From positions 28,148,001 through 28,212,000 of the forward strand of contig OZ024753.1 in assembly GCA_964016885.1 (NCBI GenBank): a stretch of DNA of 64,000 bases, in the 5' to 3' direction. Positions 27,329 to 41,019 of the stretch are shown in pieces. Source of the stretch: Eledone cirrhosa. Lineage: Eukaryota. Under the pieces are notes generated by a model that saw only the letters and a program-made list of their open reading frames with translations, had not been told where the DNA came from and searched no databases. The position numbers were made by a program, and so were the translations under genes. The first letter of the stretch is position 1. Each line of letters begins with the position of its first letter.

Positions 27329-28341
27329 CCCACACAAGCATTATCACACAGAGGCATCAACACCATACCAAGCAGAGTAATTATGTGTAAAGTTGTTGAA
27401 CTTTAGGCGAATATTTGTATATTAAATATCAATAATTGAGGAACCCCTGATCAAAAGATATTTCTACCTTGACCATCCAGTCTCTTAGTAAGTACATCTT
27501 GGACTACATTGTCCAATAGGTCATTTCTATGACCTGGAGTTAAACAACTTTAACACGAGTCAACGAAGGAGCCTATGTGGTTGGCCAACATGCTTGAAAT
27601 AACAGCCAAATTTCCTTAAACCAGATCCAGCAGACCTATGATCAAAAGCATTCCCAACCATAATTGTTCCGTCTTTTTTTTTTCTCTTATTTTTTTTCTG
27701 TTTTTTCTCTTATTTTCAGCCATTGCGTATCTAGGGCTATATTATACAGTATGTGCCTCCTTTTATTTTTATTTAGCCAGTAGGGTCTGATTTTAGAGAA
27801 AATTTGCTACTGTTTCTAGCAGGTCTAGTAACCACATAGATGTCCCCTAGATAACTCGTAAAGTTAGTAATGGTGTTTGGCCCTAGGTGATCTCCCAAGC
27901 AGAACTATAATCAAAAGTGTTCCAACCGTAACCACCCCATCTTTTGTTGTTTATATACCAGGGACTACATTGTCCAAAGTATTTTTCTTCTTTTAAGATG
28001 ATGGGGTGAGACTTGAAGAATATCTGGTTGCTATTTTAAATAGGTTGAGCGATCATGTAGATATTTCCTCATTGCCTTTGTTGTTATCATCGTAATACTA
28101 AGAACTTGTCAGTCGAAATTTTTTATCTACCTATGTAACAACATACTCACACAGCTCCGTCTCTATTTTTATCTCTATATTCATTCACTTACTAAAATGG
28201 ACCACCACCAACCATACTAACCAGACTATTTGCTTTAAAGTTGTCAGACGGGAAGTATTGTTTTAGTCCGATTTCATTACTCAAGCAAAATGAATTAGAA
28301 CGAACAACATCGGTGATAATGATGCTGTGGTGATAATGATA

Positions 28342-28722
28342 ATTGTTTCTAATTTAGGCACAAGGCCAGCAAATACCCAGTGCATTACTGGTACTTTATT
28401 TTATCGACCTCGTAAGGATGAAAGGCAAAGTCAACCTCGGCGGGATTTGAACTCAGATCGTAAAGGGACTTAACTATGCTGGAAAGCATTGCGTCCGACC
28501 CTCTACCGACACTGCCAATCCATAATGATAATGGTTTCTAGTTTAGGCACAAGGCCAGCAATTCGATTAACTCGACTCTAGTGCATATCTGGTACTTTAT
28601 TTTATCGACCCCGTAAGGATGAAAGTCAAAGCTAACCTCGGCAGGATTTGAACTCAGAACGTAAACGGCCGTAACTCTATGCTACCAAGCATGGTGTCTG
28701 ACGCTCTACCGATACTGCCAAT
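28342..28722 (-). mobile_element. Two tandem copies of the abundant tRNA-SINE
   Basis: Reverse complements of 30650-30838. Confidence 0.8.
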
Positions 28723-29122
28723 TTACAATAATGGTGATTGAAAGTTTCTGCGCTTCAAAGTTCCGCCTCAACACTTACCTTTATTAAACTTAGACATGAC
28801 ACTCCTTCCTCTTCAACACACACACATACATGTGTGTGTGTGCAATAAAAGCAACGTTATATATATTATCGTCATCCTTTAACGTCATCAACAACTCCAA
28901 CTGAGGCCGGCATCAGTTGGAGTTGTCACGGTCTCAGACAAGACAGATTCGTCAACTAATTCTTGCTCATACATTCCATGTTTGGCATACCTTCTACAGC
29001 TGAGTGCTTTTCCTAACTCAAACAGTTTTATTGTGTGGCATCAATACTGTGTGTGTGTGTATACATATATATATCTTCATCATCATCATTTAACGTCTGC
29101 TTTTCCTGCTAGCAAGTGTTGG

Positions 29123-29183
<61 letters not shown>

Positions 29184-29190
<7 letters not shown>

Positions 29191-29618
29191 TAAACGGAAT
29201 AGAAAATGCTGACAAATTGTTCACAGTTGAAAAATGGTTTAATTAGGAATAAAAGAGTATTAGTGATTGTATGGGTTAGTATTCAGTTGTGGTTTTAAGT
29301 TTTTAAGTTTTTACCGGTTGCGCATTTCTAAATGCTTTTCAAAAATAATTTTGAGATAGAGTGTCCGTGTTGTTTGCTCAGATCAGAGCAAACAACACGG
29401 ACACTCTATCTCAAAATTATTTTTGAAAAGCATTTAGAAATGCGCAACCGGTAAAAACTTAAAAACTTAAAACCACAACTGAATACTAACCCATACAATC
29501 TCTAATACTCTTTTATTCCTAATTAAACCATTTTTCAACTGTGAACAATTTGTCAGCATTTTCTATTCCGTTTACCAATATATAATAACTTGTGTGTTAC
29601 ACCTCTATTCTTTTAACT
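29184..29618. repeat. ~400-bp essentially loopless palindrome plus short tail, in MAP3K1 intron 1
   Basis: ~195-bp arms centred on GATC (29381-29384), one visible arm mismatch. (TA)n on both sides. Confidence 0.95.
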
Positions 29619-30649
29619 ATATATATATATATATGTGTGTGTGAATGCACATGGTTTAGTGGTTAGAGCTTTGGGCTTGTGGGTTCGATTCCTGTGTTGT
29701 GTTCTTGAGCAAGACACTTTATTTCACGTTGCTCCAGTTTACTCAGGTGTAGAAATGGGTTGCAATGCGACTGGTGCCAAGCAGGAATATATTATCATCA
29801 TCACAACATTCTATGTGGTATTGTTTGGATGAGTTATCATGGTCCAGATGGATTGGATTAACCCATTTTGCTCATGCTTTCCATATTTAGCTTGGCTTCT
29901 ATGGCTGGATGCCTTTCCTAACACCAACCATTTTATAGGCTCAATTGGGTGCATTTTTTTGTGGCATCAACCTTAGAGAGGTTGTTTCCATGCCCAACCA
30001 GATTTAAGAGTCCTCTCAAATGCTATACTCTTATTTACTCACTCAGTAATGAAACAAGACTAAGCTATAGCTTATATACTTTTTACATATGAAACATCAG
30101 CAGTAACATGCGCTTTTTCTCATATAGTGTGGGCTTGACTGTTTTATATGCAAAATGTATGTAAGCTTATTGTTGTCTCAGTACTGAATTAGTAAACGAC
30201 CGATGATGGATAAACAATCCTGAAACGCGAGTGACTGGCATTCTTGTACAGATACTGAGGTAGTTGTGACATGATTACAGTTTAAAACACTCATAGTAAA
30301 ACTTATGTGTTTGTTATACATAAACATAATGTATACAGCTCTAATATGAATCATGCTATGTTAGTACTGCTGCGGATATTTAGACACACACACACATATA
30401 AATATCAACATGTACAACATGGTCATAATATTTTCTTTAAACTTTTCAAAATGTCAAATTAGTATGAAGCAAAGACGGAACTTGAATGAAGTCAGTTAAA
30501 ATGAAAACTGATTCAAAGTCAAAACAACCCAATATGACAAACAGATAATAATGTGAAAACTGTGTTGATAGATTTTCAAACATTATGAATGGCGAAAGTG
30601 AAATACTGTCAGAGTAGTTAGCTATTATTATTATGGAGGTGCATAGGGT

Positions 30650-30838
30650 GGGGGATTGGCAATATCGGTAGAGAGTCGGACACCATGCTTTGAAGCATAG
30701 AGTTACGTCCCTTTATGATCTGAGTTCAAATCCCGCCGAGGTTAACTTTGCCTTTCATCCTTACAGGGTCGATAAAATAAAGTACCAGTAATGTACTGGA
30801 TAATTGCTGGCCTTGTGCCAAAAATAGAAACAATTATT
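30650..30838 (+). mobile_element. tRNA-derived SINE, abundant family
   Basis: A-box-like TGGCAATATCGG, B-box GAGTTCAAATCC, GCCTTTCATCCTTAC.GGGTCGATAAAATAAAGTACCAG body. Copies near 14592, 27022, 34093, 48005, 61130 (+) and 28342, 28532, 52268 (-). Confidence 0.8.
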
Positions 30839-30842
30839 ATGG

Positions 30843-30960
30843 AGGTGCATGGCCTAGTGGTCAGGGTGTTGGACTTATAATCATAATGTCATGGGTTTGG
30901 TTCCTGGGCTGGATTGCGTGTTGTGTTCTTGAGCAAAACACTTCATTTCATGTTGCTCAA
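30843..30960 (+). mobile_element. Second tRNA-SINE family, 5' part
   Basis: TGGCCTAGTGGTCAG A-box, TGT.CTTGAGCAA.ACACTT.ATTTCA body. Related copies near 19452, 29645, 56326. Confidence 0.6.
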
Positions 30961-31554
30961 GTAATAGCTGGAGTAAAACCAAAGAAGTTAACCCTTTAGC
31001 ATTTGAACCAGTTGTATCTGTCCAGAATTCTCTCACTTCTTCCTGTTCAAATTGGCAGCTCATACTATGTTAAGGTATTGTTCTCAAAATAAATAACATT
31101 AAAATCTTGTAGATTCAATATTATGTGAGGTAAAGCTTTTACTACAAAAATACAATAGTATATAGAAAACTAAGAACCAGTGGGGAGAAGAGACAGTTAA
31201 GTCCCATGGAAAGATGGTGTTGACTTGGGTTTAGGGAGCTTTGAAGGAATCAAATAGACTAAAGAAAGTGATGGCTCATTTACTGAAACAGGACAGGTGA
31301 TGCTGACAGTGTTAATCAGAATAATGGTGGGGATGGTGATATTGATAGTGTTTGTCATAATGGTGGTGGTTTGTTAATAGATAGATCATTCCAGACACAG
31401 CTGCAGACTTTCTCCACCCTCTCCACCCCTGCATCAACTATCTGATGTATTTGCTTGATGGAAACAAAAGGACTTGAAGTAACCTCGATTGACTCTTCCA
31501 TCTTGCTTGCTTCTTATCAGCTACACTAGAAAACATTGAAGTCAACCAACCATC

Positions 31555-32745
31555 ACAAATAGAAAACAGAAATACTAAGAATTACATACAACATTCACAA
31601 TAGATATAGAAAACAGAAATACTAGGAGTAACAATACAACATTCACAACAGATATAGAAAACAGAAATACTAGAAGTAACAATACAACATTCACAATAGA
31701 TATAGAAAACAGAAATACTAGAAGTAACAATACAACATTCACAACAGATATAGAAAACAGAAATACTAGGAGTAACAATACAACATTCACAACAGATATA
31801 GAAAACAGAAATACTAGGAGTAACAATACAACATTCACAATAGATATAGAAAACAGAAATACTAGAAGTAACAATACAACATTCACAACAGATATAGAAA
31901 ACAGAAATACTAGGAGTAACAATACAACATTCACAATAGATATAGAAAACAGAAATACTAGGAGTAACAATACAACATTCACAATAGATATAGAAAACAG
32001 AAATACTAGAAGTAACAATACAACATTCACAATAGATATAGAAAACAGAAATACTAGGAGTAACAATACAACATTCACAATAGATATAGAAAACAGAAAT
32101 ACTAGAAGTAACAATACAACATTCACAATAGATATAGAAAACAGAAATACTAGAAGTAACAATACAACATTCACAACAGATATAGAAAACAGAAATACTA
32201 GGAGTAACAATACAACATTCACAACAGATATAGAAAACAGAAATACTAGGAGTAACAATACAACATTCACAATAGATATAGAAAACAGAAATACTAGAAG
32301 TAACAATACAACATTCACAACAGATATAGAAAACAGAAATACTAGGAGTAACAATACAACATTCACAATAGATATAGAAAACAGAAATACTAGGAGTAAC
32401 AATACAACATTCACAATAGATATAGAAAACAGAAATACTAGAAGTAACAATACAACATTCACAATAGATATAGAAAACAGAAATACTAGGAGTAACAATA
32501 CAACATTCACAATAGATATAGAAAACAGAAATACTAGAAGTAACAATACAACATTCACAACAGATATAGAAAACAGAAATACTAGGAGTAACAATACAAC
32601 ATTCACAATAGATATAGAAAACAGAAATACTAGAAGTAACAATACAACATTCACAATAGATATAGAAAACAGAAATACTAGGTGTAACAATACAACATTC
32701 ACAACAGATATAGAAAACAGAAATACTAGGACTAACAATACAATA
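31555..32745. repeat. 48-bp minisatellite, ~25 copies
   Basis: AGAAAACAGAAATACTAG[G/A]AGTAACAATACAACATTCACAA[T/C]AGATAT; no spacers. Confidence 0.97.
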
Positions 32746-33866
32746 CCTCAGCAGATACAGAAAACATTAAAAGAAGCAAAACAATACACTAACATACTTA
32801 AAGCAATAGTATACACCAGATTTGACTCAGAGAGAAACTATAACAAAGATGTACAAAACAATATGGTAGATCTGTTATGGATTAGACAAATCTTAACTGG
32901 CTTCCATTAGCTTCACAATAAATTATTCCTTCTTTCTTCATACACAAATAAATTAGATCACACCTGTAGATCACCTATATAATGAAATACAGTTTGTTAT
33001 CACAACAAACTCCAACCCTGATCAAACATATTTAATCACATCAAAACAAAGAGGTACCTCTACTAAAGCATATATATATAATATTACATCATGGTTAAGT
33101 AAACCGAATGACCAGTTCTATCCATTGGTGGACTACAAAACATAAATGGGAGAAACCCTTTGTTGTCAACAGAGGAAGCAGCTCCCTAAACTTCTTCAAT
33201 CCTGTCCTTATTCTAGATACTATCAGAAGCTATCAACCACTTCTCTATATATATTGACAGGTTTATTAAATTGTGCTCTAAGCAGCCAAAGTGTAAAAAA
33301 ATGATGCATCTGTATATACACAGTAAATTACTCACACAAACACACACACAATTGATTACCCAGTTTAATGCCATCTCCTAGCCCTGGGGTTAAGTCCCCA
33401 GGTGTCCAGTTTGAAGATACCTTTCTCCCCTGCTCCCACCAATCTCAGAAAAGGGTTATGGACATTGCTTTTCCCTACCCAACGAAACAGTAAAACACAC
33501 ACACACTCATAGCACTGTTTTATGTGTCATATGCCTGGGTAAACTAAGGAGGTTATACAACAACAATAAGTATACTGTATATAAGTTTGGTAAAGGCTTC
33601 AATATGCAAATGTTTGTATCTGGCTCCAGCTCAGTTCCCAGCTTTGTAATCATTCAAGTAACACAAACCCTGAACCTCACAGCTGCTTTTCTGCTCTTCT
33701 TTCTATTACATTGCTGTTCAAGGTCATTTACTCAGAGATTGGTTTCAGTTGTTGTTTTTTGTTTTTTTTTAATTATTTTTATATATTTTGTCAGCCATGT
33801 ATGATTTAGTCATGTAAAGGAGTGGCTTACTCCCTACCACCACCCCAACGCCCATTGTCACCATAT

Positions 33867-34010
33867 ATATCAATGATATTAATAAATGGAAACTATATTT
33901 ATAAAACCATATTTATTTTATTATATATATTTCAAGGGTACCCTTGAAATATATATAAAAATAAATATGGTTTTATAAATATAGTTTCCATTTATTAATA
34001 TCATTGATAT
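33867..34010. repeat. Palindrome of the same family as 1561-1904
   Basis: AATAAATGGAAACTATATTTATAAAACCATATTTATTT arms, centred on GGGTACCC. Confidence 0.9.
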
Positions 34011-34038
34011 TATACTCCAGAAAATATATATCTCTTTG

Positions 34039-34094
<56 letters not shown>

Positions 34095-34732
34095 CCCGCT
34101 GAGGTTAACTTTGCCTTTCATCCTTACGGGGTCGATAAAATAAAGTACCAGTAATGCACTGGGTGATTGCTGGCCTTGTGCCAAAAGTAGAAACAATTAT
34201 TTATTTATATACATGTATATTATTTATTTGTTTATACACAGAACAAAAGCACTACCTAAGTGTTTTAAGGCCCAATATTGACCATATCTCCAAAATGTAA
34301 TGGGGATCAAAATTGTGACCTGTCTTCAGGCAACACCTCAGGTTGGACTGAGTGCTTTTTTATCATGGTACCAGCATGACCACCTTACAAGATGAGCTGG
34401 ATGCTTTTTGTCATGTCACCAGCACAACCACCTTACTGGGTGGACTGTATGCTTTTTGTCATGTCACCAACACATCCACCTTTCAGAGTAGAACAATGAA
34501 AGAATGACACAAGGTGAAGTTGGTAATTAAGAAAGGAAAATTATTGATGTGAAGACCAACCAATGGCAATTATGCAACACCAAACCATTAGCCATATATG
34601 TGTGTGCATTGAGTGTCAGCCTTTATGCTTACAACACATGATAAATAATCAGTTCTATTTGTAACTGTCATTAATCTTATACATGCACACATATATATAT
34701 ATAAAGTGAGAGAAAGGAAGAGAATGAAAGAT

Positions 34733-36771
34733 ATCATCATCATCATCATCATTTTACGTCCGCTTTTCCCTGCTTGCAAGGGTGGGACGGGTCATATTCA
34801 GCACAGCATCTCTCCACTCGTCATGGTCCTTCGTCATCTCCACCGTGAGCTTCAATGATCTGAGGTCTGTTCTCACCACCTCCACCCATGTTTTTCGTGG
34901 TCTACCTCTACCACGTCTTCCTTCAACTGGCATTTCCTGGCACTTCTTCACCCATCGGTCATCCTCCATGCGCATCACATGTCCATACAACCTCAGTCTC
35001 CTCTCCCGTACACTACATTCTATCCCTCTCAGACACAGTTTCTCTCTCAACACATTTATGCTGGGTCGTTCACGCACATTGACATTGCACATCCAACGGA
35101 GCATGCTTGCCTCATTTCTCTCCACCCGTCGCATATCCTCTGCAGTTGCTGCCCATGTCTCACTATCATGCAGCATCGCGCTCCTCACACAGGCATCATA
35201 CAACCGGCCTTTCGTACGCAGGGAGAAACCCTTCTTCGTAAACAGAGGAAGCAGCTCCCTAAACTTCTTCCAACCCGTCCTTATTCTAGATACTATGGCC
35301 TCGGAACACCCTCCTCCCATGCTAATCTGATCTCCTAGGTACCGGAAGCTATCAACCACTTGTATAGCACCCTCCTGCATTTGAAAAATGTGTCTATCAA
35401 TGCGACTTCTACTGTCTAATTTCCCTGTACATCTACTGCATACATATTTCTCCCTACCTGTTAGTTTGCCTGCTATCCCACTACATCTCTTGTGTACCCA
35501 GGATCTGCATTGTGTGCATTTTATAGAATTTATACCAGTTCTTTTTCTGCATATTGAACATGGCCATTTCCCTGACAGAATCAGAGTTTTGTCCTCTTTT
35601 CTACTCATCAACACTTTTGTTTTAGCTAGGTTCACTCTCAGTCCTCTTGCTTCCAACTGCTGTTTCCAGAGCCAGAATTTATTATCTAGCTCCTCTACTG
35701 ATTCTGCTATAAGAACCAGATCGCCAGCATAGAGAAGTTCCCATGGACAGCCAGTCTTAAACTCCTCTGTTATGGCTTGGAGGACTATAATGAACAAGAG
35801 CGGGCTGAGGACCGAACCTTGATGTACTCCTACTTGTATCTGGAATTCCTCACTAAACTCCATTCCTACCCTGACTTTACTGAGAGTACCTCTGTACAAA
35901 GTTTGCACTGTCCTCACAAGTCATTCCTCAACACCTAGCTTCCTTAGGGACCACCAGATGACAGATCGGGGTACCCTATCAAAGGCCTTCTCTAGGTCAA
36001 CAAAGGCTAAGTATAGTGGCTTATTTTTCTCTAAGAACCTCTCTTGCAATTGTCTCACCAAGAAGAGGGCATCTGTTGTACTCTTCCCAGGCACAAAACC
36101 AAACTGCATCTCATCTAGTTTGACCCTTTCTCTAATTAGTTGTGCTAATATCCTTTCTGCCACTTTCATAACCTGATCTATCAGTTTTATACCCCTATAA
36201 TTGCTCCTCTCCAGAGCATCCCCTTTACCTTTGTAGCAATTTATGAGAATACTGCTGCACCAGTCTTTGGGTATGACACCACCATATATAGCCTGATTGA
36301 TGATGCGTGCAACCAGTTTAGTGCCTACGTCCCCTGATGCCTTCAGCATCTCAGCAACTATTCCCGATGGTCCAGCAGCCTTACCATTTTTCATTTCCCT
36401 AATCGCCTCTTGGACCCTATATTCGTCAATCTCAATAGCTGGTCCCTCTGTTGGATGATCTACTAAGGGTAATTTCTCTCTCTCCCATTCATTCTCCACA
36501 TTCATCAGTCTCTCATAATGACATTTCCAGGCCTCCTTTTTCTGATCATTCGTGACACTAAGTACACCGGCATCATCCCGGACACATTTATCTCCAACAA
36601 CATCCTGATTTGCATTGACACACTGCCTTGCAATGTGGAACACCGCACGCCTCTGATCTTCCCGTCGCAGAACATTGGCAAACCTCCTACTCTCCACCTC
36701 CCTGTGTGCTAAGTACACCTGACGTCTAGCTTCTCTCTTAGTGGCTGTATATTCTTCCCTACTCCTACCCA
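34733..36771 (-). mobile_element. RTE-clade LINE (second family), 5'-truncated, inactivated RT
   Basis: NYRGIKL, QFGFVPG, FVDLEKAFDRV, GVHQGSVLSPLLF. Catalytic YADD reads YAGD; in-frame stop at about 35921. ORF ends directly at the (GAT)n tail. Confidence 0.95.
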
Positions 36772-37193
36772 TATATATATATATACAGCACTAAACCTTG
36801 TATATACTCTACTAATGTATTGAGTACTTTACTTAGATGGTTACTCCCGAATGAACCCGGGACTCATATATATATATATATATATATATATTTGAAGAAA
36901 ATCAACCTACTTTCATTTGAGATTTGATTATATAGTTCCACTTTATATATATATATATATATACACACATACACACATACATATATAAAACAATGTTGGC
37001 AGAGAGTCTGGAATTCTGGTATGAATGAAAACGTTTCAGAACTATTTTGTTAGATTGTAGTGTTCTGAATGACACATACACACCTACACAGCCCCATGCC
37101 CTGCAACATGTAATATGTGCATGTCTGTTTATTTATAATGTATTAGTGTTTGTGTATATGTGTATCATATATATATATATATACATACACACA

Positions 37194-37281
37194 CAGGGTG
37201 TCCCCCCAAAATGTATACACACTTTGTTTACCTGTACAGGCAATATTAATTGAAGTATGTATACATTTTTGGGGGACCCTG
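37194..37281. mobile_element. Tc1/mariner-type MITE
   Basis: CAGGGTGTCCCCCCAAAATGTATACA...TGTATACATTTTTGGGGGACCCTG-TA TIRs. Second copy at 5837-5936. Confidence 0.7.
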
Positions 37282-37315
<34 letters not shown>

Positions 37316-39062
37316 TCCAGATAGACAATCAGAGAACACCATTGGCAGAATACACTGACTTCTGGTATGAATGAAACCATTCCAGAGCATTTGCATCACC
37401 ACAACCATCACCACCACTGCCATCATCTTTTTTGTTGTATTTTAAATGTATGTCATTCTAAATAAAAATTTAGAACAACTTATGTACGATTCTAGTGTTC
37501 ATGTGTGATAGACTGACAAAACATAAGTTGCTGCTCTTTGTGTTCTGAGTTCAAATCCCACCAGGATCATTTGGTGGGTAAATAAAATAAAGTACCATGA
37601 TGAACATTTAAGAAACATCTTAACATGTTAAAGCCTTCACATAAACAACCTCTCAAAATTCAACTTACCCAGTTAAACATCTTAACTGATATTAAAGCCT
37701 TCACATAGATAACCTCTCAGAATTCAACTTACACAGTTAAATAGTTATTTTCTTACCTCACAGCAAATATTTCAATGCCTCAATGTACCAACATGATTGT
37801 TATCTAATTAGTAGGTAGTTGTTTGGTTTAGTAACTGAGTGTATCGTATAATTATAAGTTTTGCTTGTGACTTCAACAACCACAACAGATGTAGAGGGGA
37901 TTGTTTGCTCCAAAAATATATATAAATACCACAATAGACATATATCATCATCATTACTGTTTAGCGTCCATTTTTCCATGCTTGCTTGGGTTAGATGGGT
38001 CGTCCATGTTGGGAGACAAGTCTAGCCAGACCGTTACCTTGTCTGGCCACACCGTACCTTGCTCCGTACAAGGACTGTAAATTTTGCCAGAATCTTACAG
38101 CTGGATGCCCTTCCTAATACCAACCACCTATTTGTAAATAAGAATTTGACTGGACCCAAACAAGGGTTTTTCTAAGAATATATTATAAAATACCCTGAAA
38201 TCAAACTTTATTGTTGTTGCTGTTGGTGGTTGTGTGTAGACTCAAATCAGCTCTCATATAGGTAGCTGGCTAAAAGATACAGCATGACCCACACTATTGT
38301 TCTAAATGTGACATACCTACACCTAACTAACAGCCACATTGCACACTCCAACATGTAGTAATGAATTGTATGACTTACAGTGGACCATTTTTTATTCTCA
38401 TTTAACTCTTTACATCCTGTCATGATTTAGCAGAAAAGATCTAAAACCAAGCTTGTTAATTCAAATGTATATAGTATCTTTACTAGTGGACAGATAATTG
38501 CGAAAATTTGCATTAAACTAAAGACTAATTTTTAATGTGATGTAGTTATAGTGGTATTTTGTACTTTGCCTTGCTAATGTGGTTTCATGTGATTGTTAAT
38601 TCAAATATTTGTAGTATATTTACTAATGGACAGATTGTGAAAATTTGAACAATTAAATTAACTGCATCACACTAGAATTAGGGTGATACAGTTAAATGTG
38701 GTTATTAGAGCAGCAGATAAAATGTATTGACATATTTCATCATACTCTCTGTGTTCCGAGTTCAAATTTCCTTTAATGTCCATTTTACTTTTCTTCTTTG
38801 AGGGATTCATAAAGATCCAAATCAGCTCTCATGCAGATAACTGGCTGAAAAGTACAGCATGACCCACACTTTTGTACTGTGACATGTAGTCGTAGATTGT
38901 ATATCAACATTGATCTTTTAGCATTTAAACTGGCCAGAATTCTCTTGCCTCTTTCTGTTCAAACTGGCCACTCACACTGATGTTAAGATATTGTTCTCAA
39001 AATAAATATCAATCAAAATCGATATTATATGAAATAATTATGTAAGATAAAGCCTTATTTAT

Positions 39063-39410
39063 TATTCAATCGCTTTAGATGAATCAACTGATACTACTGA
39101 CTCAGTACAGGTTTTATATTTCATGTTGGTAATAACGGAAGATTTTATTTGCTATGAAGAGTTACTGACTTTAGAAACTCCTACTGGTAGGGCATCAGGA
39201 ATAGATATCTTCAAAAACTTCCAAGATAAATATATTAAGATTGGACTGAATTTGGTTAATTTAGTGAGTGCATTTACAAGCAGAGCTCCTTCTATGACAG
39301 CAACATATGAAGGGTTTATTGCACAGATAACAAAAAAGTATTATCAAATCCAGATGCTCTCATTTCTTTTCATTGTATTTTACATCAGTAAAATCTCTGC
39401 TGAAGCTACT
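39063..39410 (+). pseudogene. hAT (Charlie/SPIN-like) transposase relic
   Basis: YSIALDESTD, YEELLTL, GIDIF and FHCILHQ (CxxH) motifs, with frameshifts and a stop. Confidence 0.8.
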
Positions 39411-39417
39411 ATTTTAA

Positions 39418-39630
39418 CCCTTCAGCATTTACATTATTCTATACTATTATATTTTTGTGGTAAAGGCTTTATCTCACATAATTATTTCACAGAATAACGA
39501 ATTTATGAGATTTTGATATATATTTTGAGAACAATACCTTAACATCAATATGAGTAGCCAGTTATGGCAGTTTAAACAGAAAGTGGTGAGAGAATTCTGG
39601 CCAGATACGGCCGGTTTAAATGCTAAGGGG
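39418..39630. mobile_element. piggyBac-type MITE (TTAA-CCCTTTAGCATTTA...TAAATGCTAAAGGG-TTAA family)
   Basis: TIRs and TTAA on both sides. Other full or partial copies near 18705-18924, 30990-31165, 38912-39055, 51860-52044, 53912-54164, 58130-58258. Confidence 0.8.
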
Positions 39631-39733
39631 TTAAGAAACGTATCTGAAGATCTGGAAATGGTGAACCTTCTAAATGTAACATTACTGAAGGATAATCCAG
39701 CTATCAACTATCTATCTATTTATCTGTCTGCTC

Positions 39734-40604
39734 CGTCATTCTATAGAGGGTTGATCCGCAGCAAGTGCGACAACGTGCTCGGTGAAACTCTAGGCGTAGA
39801 GGAAAATGAATTGGCCAGTCTGTTTGGTAGGACCTTCCGCCCGGGACCGATGGACAACTTCCAAAAGTCCCTGGCCTGGCAGTGCTACCAAGGAGCTCTA
39901 CCAGTTCGAGACAAGCTCTACAGACATGGGCGCCCGGGCAGGGCCCCTGCAAAAAAGATCTGTCCGAGGTGCGTGCAAGACGAAGAAACCGTCGCGCACG
40001 CATTCATACACTGCCCGGGCGTCACCGACCTGTGGGGCTATGTAGAACGACTATTGTCGCAGGGGGGACCAATCCGGTTGACCACCGAGTCCATTGTCAT
40101 GATCAAACCGCCACCCTCATTCAAAAACGAAGGAGAGGCGGTTTTCCTTTGTGTGATAGCTATGGCGAAAGAGGTTGTATGGTGGACAAGGTTGAAAGGG
40201 CCTTTCTCTCCGGCCAACAACTGATTCTTCTTTTCAAATACCACTTTGGAAGAAGAATCAGGATGGAGAGAGAAGTGCTGTACCCCAACAAGTTTTATGA
40301 AAGGTGGGTGAAAGTGGCGAGAATGGCCTGAGTGAATGGGCCTTCTCTTTATATCAGCCTGTAGGTTGAGGAAAAAGAGGAGGAGAGGAAAGGAGTACTA
40401 ACTCTTCGTACTCCTGGAGATGAGGGTTGCACATTTTTTTTCAGGGGTATGTGTTACCCATATGTAATGTCTCCCCCTATTGGGGAAAATCGACTAATTT
40501 TTAAATTGCATTTGTGATAATATTTTACACGTTTTTATTGTATGTAAACTTCCCCCTTTGTATTTGTCCCCTTCTTTTGTGCCCCTGTGGCTAATAAAGA
40601 AACA
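39734..40604 (+). mobile_element. Tx1/L1-type LINE 3' fragment with 21-bp target site duplication
   Basis: zf-RVT-like LAWQCYQGALPVRDKL...CPRC...ETVAHAFIHC; terminal AATAAA. TATCTATTTATCTGTCTGCTC at 39713-39733 and 40605-40625. Confidence 0.85.
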
Positions 40605-40955
40605 TATCTATTTATCTGTCTGCTCATCACTTTCTACCAGCCCACCAATCCATCCAGTACCATTATATCACCACACCCACCTACTAACATACCTACAATA
40701 CTTGACAGATTATTAGCTGTCTGTCTACTTTACTTGCTAACTTAATTAACTAGTGAGTTATTTTTTAGATATTTTTATGTTTCTCTACTTTTATCTCACC
40801 TTCATATATGTATCATTATTATAAGGTAGATATGCCGCTATCTTATATATATATATATATAATTATTATCAGATAGATATGCCCCTATCTTACACATACT
40901 CACACACACATATATATATATATATATAAGATACGTGCTTATCTATCTTATAATA

Positions 40956-41019
<64 letters not shown>

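Noticed and set aside
30195-30235. Functional hammerhead at CCGATGA...GAAACGCG
   Set aside because: Core substitution, no UH cleavage site and no stem I; at most a relic.
30650-30740. tRNA genes at A/B-box sites
   Set aside because: No cloverleaf; the boxes continue into a repeated SINE body.
31575-32738. 387-aa hydrophobic repeat ORF, or CRISPR-like array
   Set aside because: Translation of a 48-bp (multiple of 3) minisatellite; no unique spacers, no cas genes, eukaryotic intron.
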